A stretch of DNA of 47,738 nt, the filler included, from Jimgerdemannia flammicorona (lineage: Eukaryota), in NCBI GenBank assembly GCA_003990765.1. It is 2 parts of 2 records of this genome, joined end to end, with 100 filler letters (N's around TTAATTAATTAA, not from the genome) between each part and the next. Parts side by side here need not be neighbours in the genome. Positions count along the whole stretch, not along the records: positions 1 to 23,819 come from RBNJ01001058.1; 1 more part is not named here. One strand, 5' to 3'. Numbering within the stretch: the first letter of the stretch is position 1; every line of letters starts with the position of its first letter. Made by a program: the position numbers and the translations under genes. The notes under the pieces are model-generated. The model was not told the DNA's origin. It worked only from the letters and a program-made list of their open reading frames with translations, and made no database searches. Below, one piece after another: positions 1 to 12,417 of this stretch.

Positions 1-49
<49 letters not shown>

Positions 50-50
50 G

Positions 51-91
<41 letters not shown>
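1..91. repeat. poly(A) mononucleotide tract
   Basis: Near-pure run of A with one TAG interruption at the window start. Confidence 0.95.
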
Positions 92-94
<3 letters not shown>

Positions 95-984
95 ACATGG
101 TGGCATATCTACAGGCCTGCCGATGGCCACCAACGGACAGCTTTGCGAATAGTGATATATGGCAGACAACGCGGTGCTCTTCGTCATAGCCCGTAATCCG
201 GGTTAATGTTTTGTATATAGACTACGAAGCAAGGACAAAAACCGGCGTATGGCGCTGGTGGCTTGGAACTGGTCACCGAAATTTCGTGTTAACTGCGCCT
301 CTCTTGTCTTTTCAAGGGGTCGATGGCGGGAAAGGTCAAAAAGAGGCTGAAGGGGTTGACGGCGGAAAAGGCCCAATGGCGCCGAGAGGTAAAAAAAGAT
401 GATCAAGGGTTGCATGCACACCAAACACAAAAAAAAAAAAGGGATAAATGGCCGATTGGAAAAGTCACGGCTGCTTTTGGTCCGTACGCGTGACGTCACT
501 TTACCAATCGCTCCTAACCCTGTTCTCTAGTGGTATCAAAGGCAACAAATAGAGCTGTTTATTATGGGCGTTGGCAGTGGGAAATGGTGATGAGTAAGAC
601 GCAAAGTTCAAGCGAGAGGATATCCATACTTAATTATATGAATAAGCACAGGTCAAACGGGTGTTGGCCAACATAAAGGTGGCTTGTGGTCATCTGATAT
701 ATCGCCCACCAGACTATATAATAAGGTCTTTACTATTCACGCACCTATTCTTTTATACAGCCTTTTCCTGCCTCTCTAACCAATGCTATGGGCTATGCAA
801 AGGGATCGCCACATAAGTTCACACGTAGCCATTGGGAGTACACGCAGAACCGTTTCAGCTTGCATAGAGCATCATCTCCAAAACACGTACCTATAAATTC
901 CTTTCTATCACCCTAACACCCTAGCAGGGTCACCCTACTAGGATTTAGGCAGGATTGGAACGAAAAAATGTCAGTTGTCTGTAG

Positions 985-1361
985 TCTTATGAACCCCAAG
1001 GTTACAGTGGCACTTCATCAGGCGCCGCACTATATCGACCATCCAGAAGATGGGAGGGTGAAGGAGGATTATTTGCGAGGGGTTTGACGGATGCTCTATA
1101 GAAACCTGCATGTCTTCGGTTCAAGGATAGTGGGTAGGTGTTGCCTTTGACATTTCTTCTAAACAATACGTAGCACTTCATTTGCCCGAACTTCTCTGAT
1201 CTGTTTATTTTATTTCTCCTTTTAAAAGGCTTATGTGGCAATATTTCATTCATACAGTTATGCCACCCGAGGTCTACCGTTTTGGAGACCTCGCGAGCTT
1301 CACTATTCCGAGGAATTATGAAGACATCGTGGATATTTTGGGAGCAATAAAAGCGCTACAG
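985..1361 (+). pseudogene. degenerate exon fragments of an unidentified protein gene
   Basis: Segments bounded by AG and GT sites; 1260-1361 reads MPPEVYRFGDLASFTIPRNYEDIVDILGAIKALQ followed by GTACAT. No family recognised with certainty. Confidence 0.25.
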
Positions 1362-3179
1362 GTACATGCAACATTCCAACTATACACCCAGATATCTTCA
1401 CGTTACTGACATTGTGGTCCATTATACACTTTCAATACTACCTCAAGAATACAATATCCGATATTCAGCAGATCAAAAAGGCGGACAGAGATTCCGTCGA
1501 CGGTGTCTAGAATCTGCTGCTCCTGGCTTATTCACCACTTCCCTTCACACGCCTCACCAGCTTCCTCTCCGGGCTGCGACAAGCCTCCTGACCCGGCTGC
1601 AGACAAACACTGCCGAACTCGCGGGCCAAGCACGTGGGCAAGAAGAGTACGAGGGGGGTGGAGAGTATGCTTTGTTCAACTGCACGAACGGGCGGGTGGG
1701 ATGCCCAGCGGCTGCTTAAGGTTGTAACGAGGGTGCATGGCGATGTCAGGTTTGACGTGGCCATATTTTACACCAACATGACGTTCCGAACAAGGTATTT
1801 CGGTGGTAAGTCATCGTGGTCGGGTCAGTGGAGGAGGCAGTGTCGCGGAATGTGCAGGTTCATACTATCGAGAGCTTGATTTTAGTAGGAAACCAGTTGG
1901 CTGTGATGGGATAGAATCGGATTAGATGGTGGCGACAATTAAGGCGGTACCCTCTTCTACCAAAGAACATAGTGAATAAAGGCATAAAGCTTGATGTGGT
2001 GATTATTCGAGCCCTGGTTCGATTCTCGAATGCCATTCGGGTGAGAAAGGTTGAGATAGTGTGGCGGGGGGGGGAGTCAACCAGTGCGGATGCATGTGTA
2101 TTGAACAGCGGGCTTGGAGGATGATTTCGAGCATATACCCCTTGGACGATGTGGAGGTTGGCGAGTGGCTCCAGTTTTTTTCTACATCATCAACTGTTCT
2201 TTTAATAGACGCGCCAATAATACAGGGATGTTTAACTGACAAAGATTTATACTGTAATAAATCTATATAAAAATATTACTAATATAATATTACTAATATG
2301 TTTGAATTGACGTTGTGTGAGCAAAAGGGGTGTCGCTTTCAAGAAACTCGCGATCGTATCATCCTGGGATGTTTTTCGTCGGCGCAGGTTTTCCTTCGAA
2401 GCTATGGTTCGGGCCGCAACAAACGAAGGGCTCCAGTATCATAGACACGCCTGACCCGAATCCGCTCGTCGATCAAAAAGCTCGGAGGTAGGCAATGTTG
2501 CCGTCGTTCCTGTTGGAGGTGTAATGTAACAATTAAAAATAAAAATAAAATTCGCTTCCGCCAAGATTTATTTATTGATGTTCCATCAAAGAGGCCCGCC
2601 TTCAATTGCGTAATCAATGTGTATGCACTCAGCATCCCAAGTATTTTGCAATGAACATTTCTATGTATCCAGCCCACTAGTGAGCGTGCGGCCTCAATGC
2701 AGTTGTCGGAAACATGATACGAACAGGTAACCAACAGAAGTATCATTACACCACCTCAAGTGCACAAAAATTATAGACCCCTGCTTATTTACATCTTTCC
2801 CAATAAACAACGTCTAGGAGATTGAAGCCCTTGGTTCGGCCGCGACGGGTCGAATTGAAATTTTGCATTTCGAATGAAAGGGAGAATTTTTTTTTATAAT
2901 AATAATAATAACCCAGAACATTGTTCGAAGAAAGCTACTATGTAATACTGTGCTAACCAGCGGAAAACCAACGGAAAACCAGCATAATCTTATTGTTTAT
3001 TTATTGTATGTATGTGAAAGAACATAACTTCTTGATTGGAAGCAGAAAAAAAACCATCTCAATACCTGGGATTTTCTTTCATATATGAATTGTTCTAGCT
3101 CTTTCCGACGACATCACGCGCCTCGCTCATACTTCGCATGACGTCACCCCATATTAATTCGCGTCACGCACCCTCCGCC

Positions 3180-5730
3180 CTCATTCGTGGATTCAGCTCT
3201 TTCGATCCAAATGGCACATGCCCCCTGATCGTACTCTGGCAAGACGGTATATATTGGCTGCCAGAATGATTATACCACGTGGTAGGAAAGGCATATAAGT
3301 GTTAGACTGTGATGATATTGGCGCTCACGATTTTACTCTGACTCTCCTCTGGAACACGATTACCTTGCTGGCTATTATTGAATGTTTCAAGTACGCGTGC
3401 ACAGGCATTCTCTGCCTAACAGCAAAGGTGGCACGTTCATTCATTCATTCACGATCCCAAGGTACGTGTCAGCGAACATTGGTACAACGAACATTGGTAC
3501 AAATTTGCCTGCACCTCTGGAACGTATTGCCGAAATTGACTCAGACATTGGAATACTATTTTCGCTAAAGGTTGTTCACTATACGGAGGTCTTGGCGTCG
3601 GTTAAGCTCAAATCCATAACGTGAAAGGACGCCAAATGTTTTGCACCCACAAGCTCTACGGCAGAAAAACAAGTTGAATGTGAAGCCACTCGAGAGCTCA
3701 TTGCTGGCGAAAGATCCCGAAACAGGAGAGGTAGTTTTTTTTTTTTGTTTTTTGTTTTTTGTTTTTTGTTTTTTGTTTTCCCTTTTTGTTGATTAGTTTC
3801 GCGATGAGTGAGTGACGGTCCGATTTGTGTGTTAATGCGTTTTTTTTCGGACCTGACCTCTTTTTTGCGTCGCTATATTAAAAAAAAAGCTTTCTATTGA
3901 CATGGACAATTGCTAGATTTTGCCATGTCCCGCCATCAAGATGAATCTTCTTGGTAGGGCGTGCGCTTATTGATTGTCGTGGGATGTTTGAGCCATTCGA
4001 TTGTAGTAGAGAGTTCGTCTATTACGCCCCTACTCTATTTGTCAAAAAATACTCATCTCGATCAATCTCGCGCAGACCTCTTTTCGAACCTAGCAGCCTC
4101 AAGAAGAAATTCGATAATATCTTTGCATGCATAAGGTAAGTCGATCGATGCATACAATCTCGGCATTGGTTTGATTAGTCGATTTCTGAATGTTGTTGAA
4201 TATATAAAACGACTTTAGGTATACCAAAGCGATTGACATTATCAAGTCATTTGCGCAAAGAACATATGATATTAGACCGGAACGAATGAAGCTCGAGTAT
4301 CTCCAATCCAACAAGCTGAAAGCAGAAGAGGTAAGGTGTTGTCCATACTGATACCCTCGACGAATGTGTGTCAATCATCGATACCCATCCGAGAACTGAA
4401 ATCCGATACCACTGTTGACTAATTCATTTCGTATAGACCTGCAACAGGCTTGAAACCACGCGAGTCCAGATCGATTCATACCACAATAGCGTTGGTGAGC
4501 TGTAAGCAAAAATCGGCAGTTTCAATGAATTTGAGGGAGTTGATGGAAAAGCAGCAAAAGATTAGGACGTTGTGTCGTCGATCAAGGAGCTTGAGATTAG
4601 GAAAACAATGTTAACGACGGCTCAGACGGACTTGGCGCTTCATTTCGAAGAGCTTTTGGGTTATGTAAGAAGGGATCAGGCTTTTGTCTTCCCAAACCGT
4701 GATGCGAATATCGTCTTACACATCATATTTGTCTCGCGTTTCCTTCATAAATTTCTGCTGTTCAACAGAGTCAAAGCAAGAGCTTGACAGGCTGATGGCC
4801 GAGCAAACCTTAAAACTCGCCAAGCATGACGGCATGAAATACCGTAAGAATCGGAATCTGACAACCTCAACCAGCTGAGGTTCACTCTTACCGAAATAAC
4901 GGGCCAGAAGAGCGTAATGCAGGCCGAACTGGAAGTAGGACATCCCTAAAAATTTTGTGCTCATTTTGGGATTCGGTGGCGGTTGTGTTGTAATTAGTAC
5001 TAACTGGAGTTTTTTTTTTTTTAACATAATCAAGAGATTGTGAAGCGATGGAGTCACACGGAAGATCAGCTGTGAGCACCATTTCAATGTATACAAATCA
5101 TCGTTTTATTCTGAAGATGTTCAGAGCGGGCATCTCGGGTGGAGAAAATCAAGGTACGCAGTGTATCCTTAAACACTATATATAGGTGACTCGAATTTGG
5201 TGCGATGCTCATAGTGCTTGTGCCTCTAATAATTCGCATATTCATGCACCAATAGATGGATCTCGTGATATTGACAGCGCTGAACAAGGCTATGGCTTCA
5301 CAAGTTGAATGAAGGAAGAATACCAGAGTCAAATGGTCCGTGCCCGATTGAAACTATTTCTAGTTCCTGCTTAGATGCTAGCATCGTATAGTGAAATAAT
5401 AAACATTCTATTTCTCTCCATCAAACTGCCAGGACTCAAAGCAGGAAACGATCGAACATTTGAAGGCGCAACTAAATCGCCTCGAAATATCAGAAGCGGC
5501 GTTGGGACTGTTGCAGAACGAGCTTAAGGACGAGGTATGCTGTCTTTCCTCCCTATTTCAAACTTTGCGTGAACTTATCTGTAGGACGACTCCTGAGGTA
5601 CCTTTCCCCCCTTCCCCCTTTCCCCAACAATGTGTCTCGACCCCGCATTCGCAGCTTGTTGCAATCTACTCAAATCAAATCTGCAGAAAGAGCGTCTGCA
5701 GGGAGTCACAGAGCTCCAGATAGAAAATGT
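3180..5730 (+). pseudogene. RAD50: RAD50 pseudogene (N-terminal ATPase half and start of coiled coil), intron-containing, truncated
   Basis: Exon remnants occur in Rad50 order: LIRGFSSFDPN..SGKT|gt (Walker A, ~3180-3246), IIECFKYACTG..LPNSKGGTFIH..HDPK|gt (~3374-3461), EVLASVKLK..NVKGRQMFC..LESSLLAKDPETGE|gt (~3571-3730), HQDESSW|gt (~3933-3953), PLFEPSSLKKKFDNIFA (~4078-4135), YTKAIDIIKSLRK (~4220-4330), then coiled-coil exons to ~5730. Frameshifts, deletions and stops throughout; no zinc hook or C-terminal half seen. Confidence 0.9.
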
Positions 5731-6044
5731 TCATGTTTATGACAATTCTGACTGGATCAGCTTTCAAAGTTGGTTGCATCGACTCCTTGGAATTTCTTTC
5801 ACACTGCCTCGATCCTGGCTGCTCTGACAAAGACGGAGGATTTTGATTTAATCTCTAAGCATTTGGTCTCCACAGATTAGAGCAAAATATATACGCGACT
5901 CCTCAGGAGAAATACCGTTCAAGCTAACAGCGTGATAGAAATAATCAATCTCTTGGAGTAAGAAGAAGACAAATTGCATTCTGTATCATTTTTTGTGAAA
6001 CCCATAAACCACTGATAATATATAAAGTCATTGAATATTGATTT

Positions 6045-6297
6045 CTGTGTGGCGTCGTTGAACGGCGCGGTGACAAACCTCGGCACGAGCGGAGCCCAAG
6101 GAACGCCCATGGAATGCTTTCGTGAACGCAACGATGCCGTACTTTTTCTCCGGGTCCCCGCCGCGCTTCTTTGCCACGAGCTTGCCCCACTTGCGGGAGC
6201 CAAGGTGCTGAACATTGAACATTACACATACCACAGCTCGCACAGTAGCAGCAGCACGCAGCGGGGTCAGGGCGGATCGAGTGGAGGCGGCGTGCAT
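6045..6297 (-). pseudogene. ARG8: acetylornithine aminotransferase (class III PLP aminotransferase) relic
   Basis: Presequence-like first exon MHAASTRSALTPLRAAATVRAV with a GTATGT donor, then RKWGK..KYGIVAFTKAFHGRSLG (class III FHGR motif) joined by a deletion/frameshift to PLVPRFVTAPFND. Most of the gene is missing. Confidence 0.75.
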
Positions 6298-6530
6298 GGT
6301 GTTGTCGGGGACTGGGAGTTGGAAAGGATGAAAAAAAAAAGGGGAGACGAAATACGTTATAGTCCCGACATCACGTGACATCCGTTTCAAAGCAGCCACA
6401 TCGGAAATTAGAATAAGGTTTAATAAATAATTGTTATCTGAATTTATTTTAATACAGTAGATAATAGTGACATCACTCTCACTAACCAATAGAAATTACC
6501 AATTTGGATAACATCATTGTTGCCAACCAA

Positions 6531-6750
6531 TGTGACTGCCTTTTAAATTTTTAATTTTTTTTAGATACATAAAATTTTTGGATTTTTTTTTTTTACAGCC
6601 AAATTTTGCTGTAATATAGAATAAGGGATAAAAAGTGACCAACTTTAAACAATATCCTAGTATTTAATTTGAATAAAAGAAATCATAGATTTATAGAAAA
6701 ATAACCTTAAAATTTATAGAGTTTCAAAAAATTTTATGTCCGTCACTGTA
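6531..6750. mobile_element. MITE-like relic, copy 1 (Tc1/mariner-type ends)
   Basis: Starts GTGACTGC and ends GTCACTGTA. Internal AT-rich core (ATAAAAAGTGA.CAACTTTAAA..TATTTAATTTGAA..ATAGATTTATAGAAAAA.AACCTTAAAA) is shared with 6969-7207. Confidence 0.5.
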
Positions 6751-6968
6751 GTGTTCCGAACGGGTCACGGGTCTCCCGATTTCTCTAGGAAATATAAGTT
6801 TTGTGAGTATTTGAGAAAATTGAGGTGTCGTGGTTCGGGTCGAGACCCGTAAAAGGTACTAATCCAGATAGGTCATAAGGTACGTTTTAATAAACTTTGC
6901 CTCGAAACCTGTATTTCCGGAAACCCTTAATCAGGCGAATCCAACAATTTGATTTTGGACACACACTC

Positions 6969-7207
6969 TATAGTGACTGCTTTACACTCTAGAGTGACTG
7001 CATTTCCTCATGTTTCAATTTCCTCCGCACATATAAAAAGTGATCAACTTTAAATAACTAAACTCAACATCCTAATATTTAATTTGAAAAATAAAATTAT
7101 AGATTTATAGAAAAACAACCTTAAAACAAAAGTGTGAAGCAATTTTTAGAATACCTCTTGTATTTTTAAAGTTATAGGATTTCAAAAATTTGTTGTTTGC
7201 CACTGTA
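6969..7207. mobile_element. MITE-like relic, copy 2 (Tc1/mariner-type ends)
   Basis: TA-TAGTGACTGC ... GCCACTG-TA termini, consistent with TA-flanked CAGTG-type inverted ends. Direct repeat of 6531-6750. Confidence 0.5.
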
Positions 7208-7263
7208 AATCTCATTTTGTGGCTTGGTCTTCCTGAAACGCTTTTTCTTCGCGACATCCACAT

Positions 7264-9794
7264 ATGCTTAGCATCGCAAAAAGCCTCACAAAAGGACCTC
7301 AGCCCAAGTGGGTGAGTATACGTCCCCCCGACCCCCCACCCACCCCCCCTCCCATACTTACATTAGGACTTTTCCCTTTTTTACTTCCCATGCCAGCTTG
7401 CTTCCACGCGGTATCTCTGTGCGTCCATCGCCACCCGTGCACCTTCCAAAGCAGAACCTGCCAACCCGAATCTCAAAACTACCCCCATTGTTCACGATCC
7501 AAGGAATCGGCCGCGGTATCGCATTCTCTTCTTCGGCTCAGATAACTTTGCCGTCAAGCACCTAGCTGCCCTCATCAAGGAGAAAGGTTGGTTTACAAAG
7601 ACGCGTAATTGAACGCGATTCTTGCCTTAAAGAGATTTTTAGTGCACACAGATGTAGGGTATTTTGAGGCGTTAAAATAGATCTAAAGGGGGATTAATTC
7701 AATTTGGTTATAAAGATTACATTCGTAATGTCCGTTCTCACTTTAACCGTCCTCGCAGAACGCCCAGAGTCGGTCATTCGCTCGATTGAGGTCGTCACGC
7801 CACCTGACCGACGCACGGGTCGCAAGCTAAAGGAAATATCCCCTAGTGAGTATCCGATATTGTCGATTTTACAGCAGAAGGAAAACAGAGAGAAAACACA
7901 TCATTATTTACGAATGAGAACAATACGGTAGAGAGTGTACCGCTCATACCCATTCACCACCGTCATCATTTGACTGCAAAATTTCTGATACATTGTTGAA
8001 ATCATCATAAGTGCCGACCAAGGCCCTCGCCGAGCTCCACGATCTCGCCGTGCACCACATCCCTTCTGACATCCCTTCCGGCATCCACTCGTTAGCGGAA
8101 TGGAACGTACGTATTCTCGACCTCATCGTGAGATAGCTCCGTATCCGTGACCCTCACATTCCACCCGCCCCCCATTGGACCGCACTCCGCTTGCCCGTTC
8201 CTGTCCCTCACTATCTAGCTCCCCTCCTCCGCCGACCTCTCCTCGACCGGATTCGATCTGGGCGTGGTCGTCTCCTTCGGCTATTTTCTCCCTCCACACA
8301 TCCTCCACGCCTTCCCGAAGGGCGTCATCAACGTCCACCCTTCGCTCCTACCAAAGTATCGTGGCGCCGCACCGATGCAGCACACTATAATGAATGGTGA
8401 CGTAAAGACCGGAGTCACGGTGCAGGAACTGGATGAAAAGGTGTTCGATGCAGGAAAGATTTTGTTGCAGGAGGAATGGGTGGGTAGGTCCAAAATGCCA
8501 AAAGGGAGAAGTTAATGAAAGGAGTGTCACTTAGTGGGTGTTATTGTGCCGGTTTGGTTTGGCTGCGGGTGTGATTTGAGCGTGGATTTGAGTTGCATAT
8601 GTGATCATGTTGAATTGTTCCATTGCTCGTGATTTTGTCCAAAACACAGAAAATACCCACAGACAAACCCATCATGTTCGATTCGCTGGCAGGGACCCTC
8701 GGCTTGAAGGGCGCTACGCTCTTGGTCAAAACCCTCTGTAACTATGATATATACAAGGTAAACCCTTCGAACAAGACACGATTTGATTCTGTATCACGTG
8801 TCTCTCCATAGTTCGGTCCGGCACGGCCGTAATATTGAAGACGCGGCCGATATTATAAATCCTGGCTGATCTCCGTGTCCAATTCCAAATAGGAGAACGC
8901 AACGACGCAGGTCACGACTCAGGTGACGCACGCCCCCAAGATCACAAAGGATATGGCCTTCATCGACTTTGAAACTATGCCCGCTGAGACGATCGAGCGG
9001 CTGCACAGAGCCATCGGACATCAGGTAGCCATCATCGTCGTATAAACACGCTAAGAAGGAGGATTGTCATCGAGTTTTATCGGGCATTTTTTTTTTTTTT
9101 TTTTTTTTTTACAATTTGCGGCCATTCTTATCAACCCTACCTTTCACAAAACCACGCACATCAGTATCCCATCACGACATACTACACCCTGTGGCGCATC
9201 AAGCGCTCGCTCAAGATCAAGCACAAGCACATCTCCATGCAGCTCTTCAACATTTACCTCCCCATTAAATCGCCGGCACACATCGCGGTCCCGTTCCCGG
9301 ATCCCGGGACCATCTTCTGGGACTTCGATACGAAGACGATGCACGTGGTGTGCGCTGACGGTAACGTGATTGGACTGACGCACATCAAGGCCGAGAGCAG
9401 GAAGGAGATCCCCGCCTACGACTTCTTCAACGGGTATTCGGTGCGCAGCGGTGACGGCCGCTTTGGTGCGTTCGACGACGAGTCGGAAATCGAGCCTGGA
9501 AAGAGCGGCGTGCAGGTCACGAAAAGGAGGGAGGATTATGAGAAAGTTATTAGGAAGAGGATGAAGAGAGCGGCGATAAGGGAAAGGCAAGAGGAAAGAC
9601 TTAGGCGCGGCCTGAGCTATGATACGAACAGTCGGGGGTCGGACGGGGGAGAAGAGTGGTGGAGGGAAGAGAGAGGGAGGGAGAGGGAGGATGGTGCCGA
9701 GTGGCGGAGGGAAGAGAGGAGTACGGGTTGGGGACGGGAGAGGGAGAGTGAAGGAGGGTGGGGGGAGGGAGGAGAAGGGTTTCGAGCCCGATGA
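7264..9794 (+). CDS. FMT1: mitochondrial methionyl-tRNA formyltransferase; exons 7264-7311, 7397-7586, 7759-7845, 8012-8106, 8219-8479, 8650-8757, 8893-9024, 9165-9794 (516 aa)
   Basis: GT-AG splicing gives one open frame of 1551 nt with ILFFGSD, VVTPPD..GR, DLGVVVSFG, INVHPSLLPKYRGAAP (formyltransferase HPSLLP signature), TGVTVQEL..FDAGKIL, APKITK and IERLHRA. Basic, hydroxylated N-terminus resembles a mitochondrial presequence. Confidence 0.93.
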
Positions 9795-10533
9795 CTACGA
9801 CTAAGCGCAGAATGACAATAATAAGTGGCTTCTAGCCACCGCAAAAATATTTTCTTAGTGACCCCAAGACCAAAACCACAGTGAAATATTTCCTGAATGA
9901 CTTCAAGAGGCGAAGACCCACCACTACGATTTTCTAAGGGATATTCACAAAGCGATTTCGGCCATTCAAGGTGAAGAGAGGTCGTGGAGTGCGTTCACGG
10001 CAGGGTGACCATGTGGCAGTGGGGGATTGGGGGGGAATAAAGGAAAGAGTAGAATGGCGCGTGCCAAGACATGAATCTCGGTATAATTACATGTCGCGTA
10101 GTCATCGTTCATGTCATGATCCATGGTCCGTTAGATATCCGTTGGCAATTTGCCAGGCACCAGAAAATTTTTGTAAATGGACAAAGAAAGATTTTAAAAG
10201 TGGCCGCCTCAAATGGTCAACTTAGACACACGTTTGGCCATTTGTATATACATTTTGTCAATACCTAAAGTCCCTGCCAAAATGTGAGGCCGCTGCTATT
10301 AGTGAAAATTAACCTCTGGATGTTTTCCATAAGTAATTATTTTTATTAAATGATATTTAGTGTACTAGAGTATCAATGACTAGTATGTGGTTTCAATGAG
10401 CCTAAGTTTATTGAATTTGAATGATAGATTGTTGAGAAATGAAAGAAAATAATTAATAAGCACTAATTTGATAGCAGTCATCTGGTCTATGATATCTATT
10501 TAGTATATACTCTAGCAATCTATATAGACAGAT

Positions 10534-10830
10534 TTTAGCTCCAATTTAACACTATAATCTTAGTTATTAATATCAGTATTATATTAATTTTAGCTCTAAT
10601 TTAAGACTACTATTTAAGCTATTGATATTAGTATTATATATATTTATTTCAGTTTAATTTAAGACTGTAATCTTAGTTATTATTATCAGTATTATATTGA
10701 TCTCAGCTTTAATTTAAATTAATTTTATTTTTAATTTAAATTTATATTATATTAATTATAGAACTATAATATTAGGTATTAATATATATCAAAATTATAT
10801 TAATTCAGCTCTAATTTAAGTCCAACTTAA
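10534..10830. repeat. AT-rich minisatellite, ~55-57 bp unit, 4-5 degenerate copies
   Basis: Recurring TT(T/C)AGCT.TAATTTAAGACT.TAATCTTAGTTATT.ATATCAGTATTATA at ~10534, 10589, 10647, 10702 and 10804. Confidence 0.75.
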
Positions 10831-11584
10831 GAACTATAGTTATTTTATTGAAAATAAGTAAGTAAAGATCTTTGGTATTGATTCTCTGCTCTACTATCTC
10901 AGTTGTTGATGTTGAAAATAGGAATGACATAGTTTTTTTATTAAAAATAATATAGCAAAGATCATCACTGCTTAATGTTTTAATGTCTTCTATATATATA
11001 ATTAAATCAATTATGATAGGTTGAGGTCAAGAGATTTTTTTTTTTTTTTTAGTTCCAAAACGAAAAGCGGTGACTTGTTGCAGCAGCGTCCAGGTCGAAT
11101 TAGAATACGGATGATCTAAAAGTCAAAGTAAAACACAGGAAATATACTGCTCTCTGCATCGTAAACCACATTGCATGCATGTCGTCCAAGTGCTGGAATA
11201 CATATGATGGGTACTCAAACGTTTATCAACTCCAGTGATACCCATCCCTTTCTAATTCTATGAAATCCACAACGGGATAACTTTGCATTGGTTCGTTTTG
11301 AACAGTATTAATAATGCGACTGTGTGGCAATCCACCAAATATCCGACCTGTCGCGGTGTAGGCATCGCAAACAGAGCGACGCTATAAGCGGTGTGTGTAA
11401 TCAAGAGAGAAAGCGAAACGCCAACGAAATGTGTGGCCGGAAATAGCGAACCAATATGTTAGATTCGCATCCCACCACCCCACAGCCAAAAGGCACATCT
11501 CGCTATAAATGTGAGACGGAATTATCAAACCCAGATCAAATTCATAATCCTCTCATTTTTGTCAAACTACCCATTGTATCACCA

Positions 11585-11891
11585 TCTACTGCAGAAAAAC
11601 AAGTTGAGGGTGAGAGCTCATTGCAGACGAAAGATCCGGAAACCGGTGAGGTAGTTTTTTTTTTTTTTTTGTTGATCAGTTTCGTGATGTATGAGTGATG
11701 GCTCGATATGTCAATGCGTTTTTTTTTCCGGACCTGACCTCTTTTTGCGTCGCCATAGAAAAATGCTTTCGTGTTATGCCATCAAGATGAATCTTCTTGG
11801 TAGGGCGTGCGCTTACGGATTGTTTGAGCCATTCGATTGTAGTGGAGAGGTCGTTTATTACACCCCTACTCTCTATTTGTCAAAAATACTC
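11585..11891 (+). pseudogene. RAD50: second RAD50 relic, segment A (direct copy of ~3655-4052)
   Basis: Encodes ESSLQTKDPETGE|gt and CHQDESSW|gt. Intron sequence also aligns with 3730-4052. Confidence 0.85.
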
Positions 11892-12179
11892 GGTGCACTT
11901 TTCATTAGAAGACAGTAAGTTGTGAAAATCAGTAAAATTATTGGCAATCGATTTTTATTTATTTATGTATATATATATTCTTATCTGCACTTTTCCCTTT
12001 TATTTTGTATAAATATCCTAGTAACTTGTTTGAATAAACAACAGTTCAATATTCTCAGTACAATTGGATCTAATTATGTGCCTATCTTCGAAAACGTAAT
12101 TGGAGGCCCCCTTAATTTGTGTCACGAACAGGAAAAGAGTGGCGACGTCACGCTCCGCTTGAGACGACCCCTTTTCTTT

Positions 12180-12248
12180 GGAATCCCAGATTTTCCTATT
12201 CAAATCCCAGATCTTCTCTTCAAATCTCAGATTTCCCTTCAAATCCCC
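12180..12248. repeat. short tandem repeat, ~19-21 bp unit, ~3.5 copies
   Basis: AATCCCAGATTTTCCTATTC / AAATCCCAGATCTTCTCTTC / AAATCTCAGATTTCCCTTC / AAATCCCC. Confidence 0.75.
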
Positions 12249-12417
12249 ATGTTTACATGATCTCCGTTGGCACCGGAACTTTTTATTATTCGGGCAAACT
12301 TGCACCAGCTACCAGCTAGCTTTACAATTAACAAACAGCGTATATACATGCTACCTCGGAAAACCGGCAGCTTGGACCAACGCACATTTCCAAAACGGGA
12401 ATCTATTCCAATGTTGG

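Noticed and set aside
10534..10830. CRISPR-like periodicity here and at 22829-22974 and 23512-23700
   Set aside because: Eukaryotic context, degenerate repeats without a regular unique-spacer structure, and no cas genes.
12080..12140. IFENVI..CHEQE resembling the Rad50 LENVIFCHQEE motif
   Set aside because: The true CHQDESSW exon is already at ~11777-11799; this match is short and may be chance.
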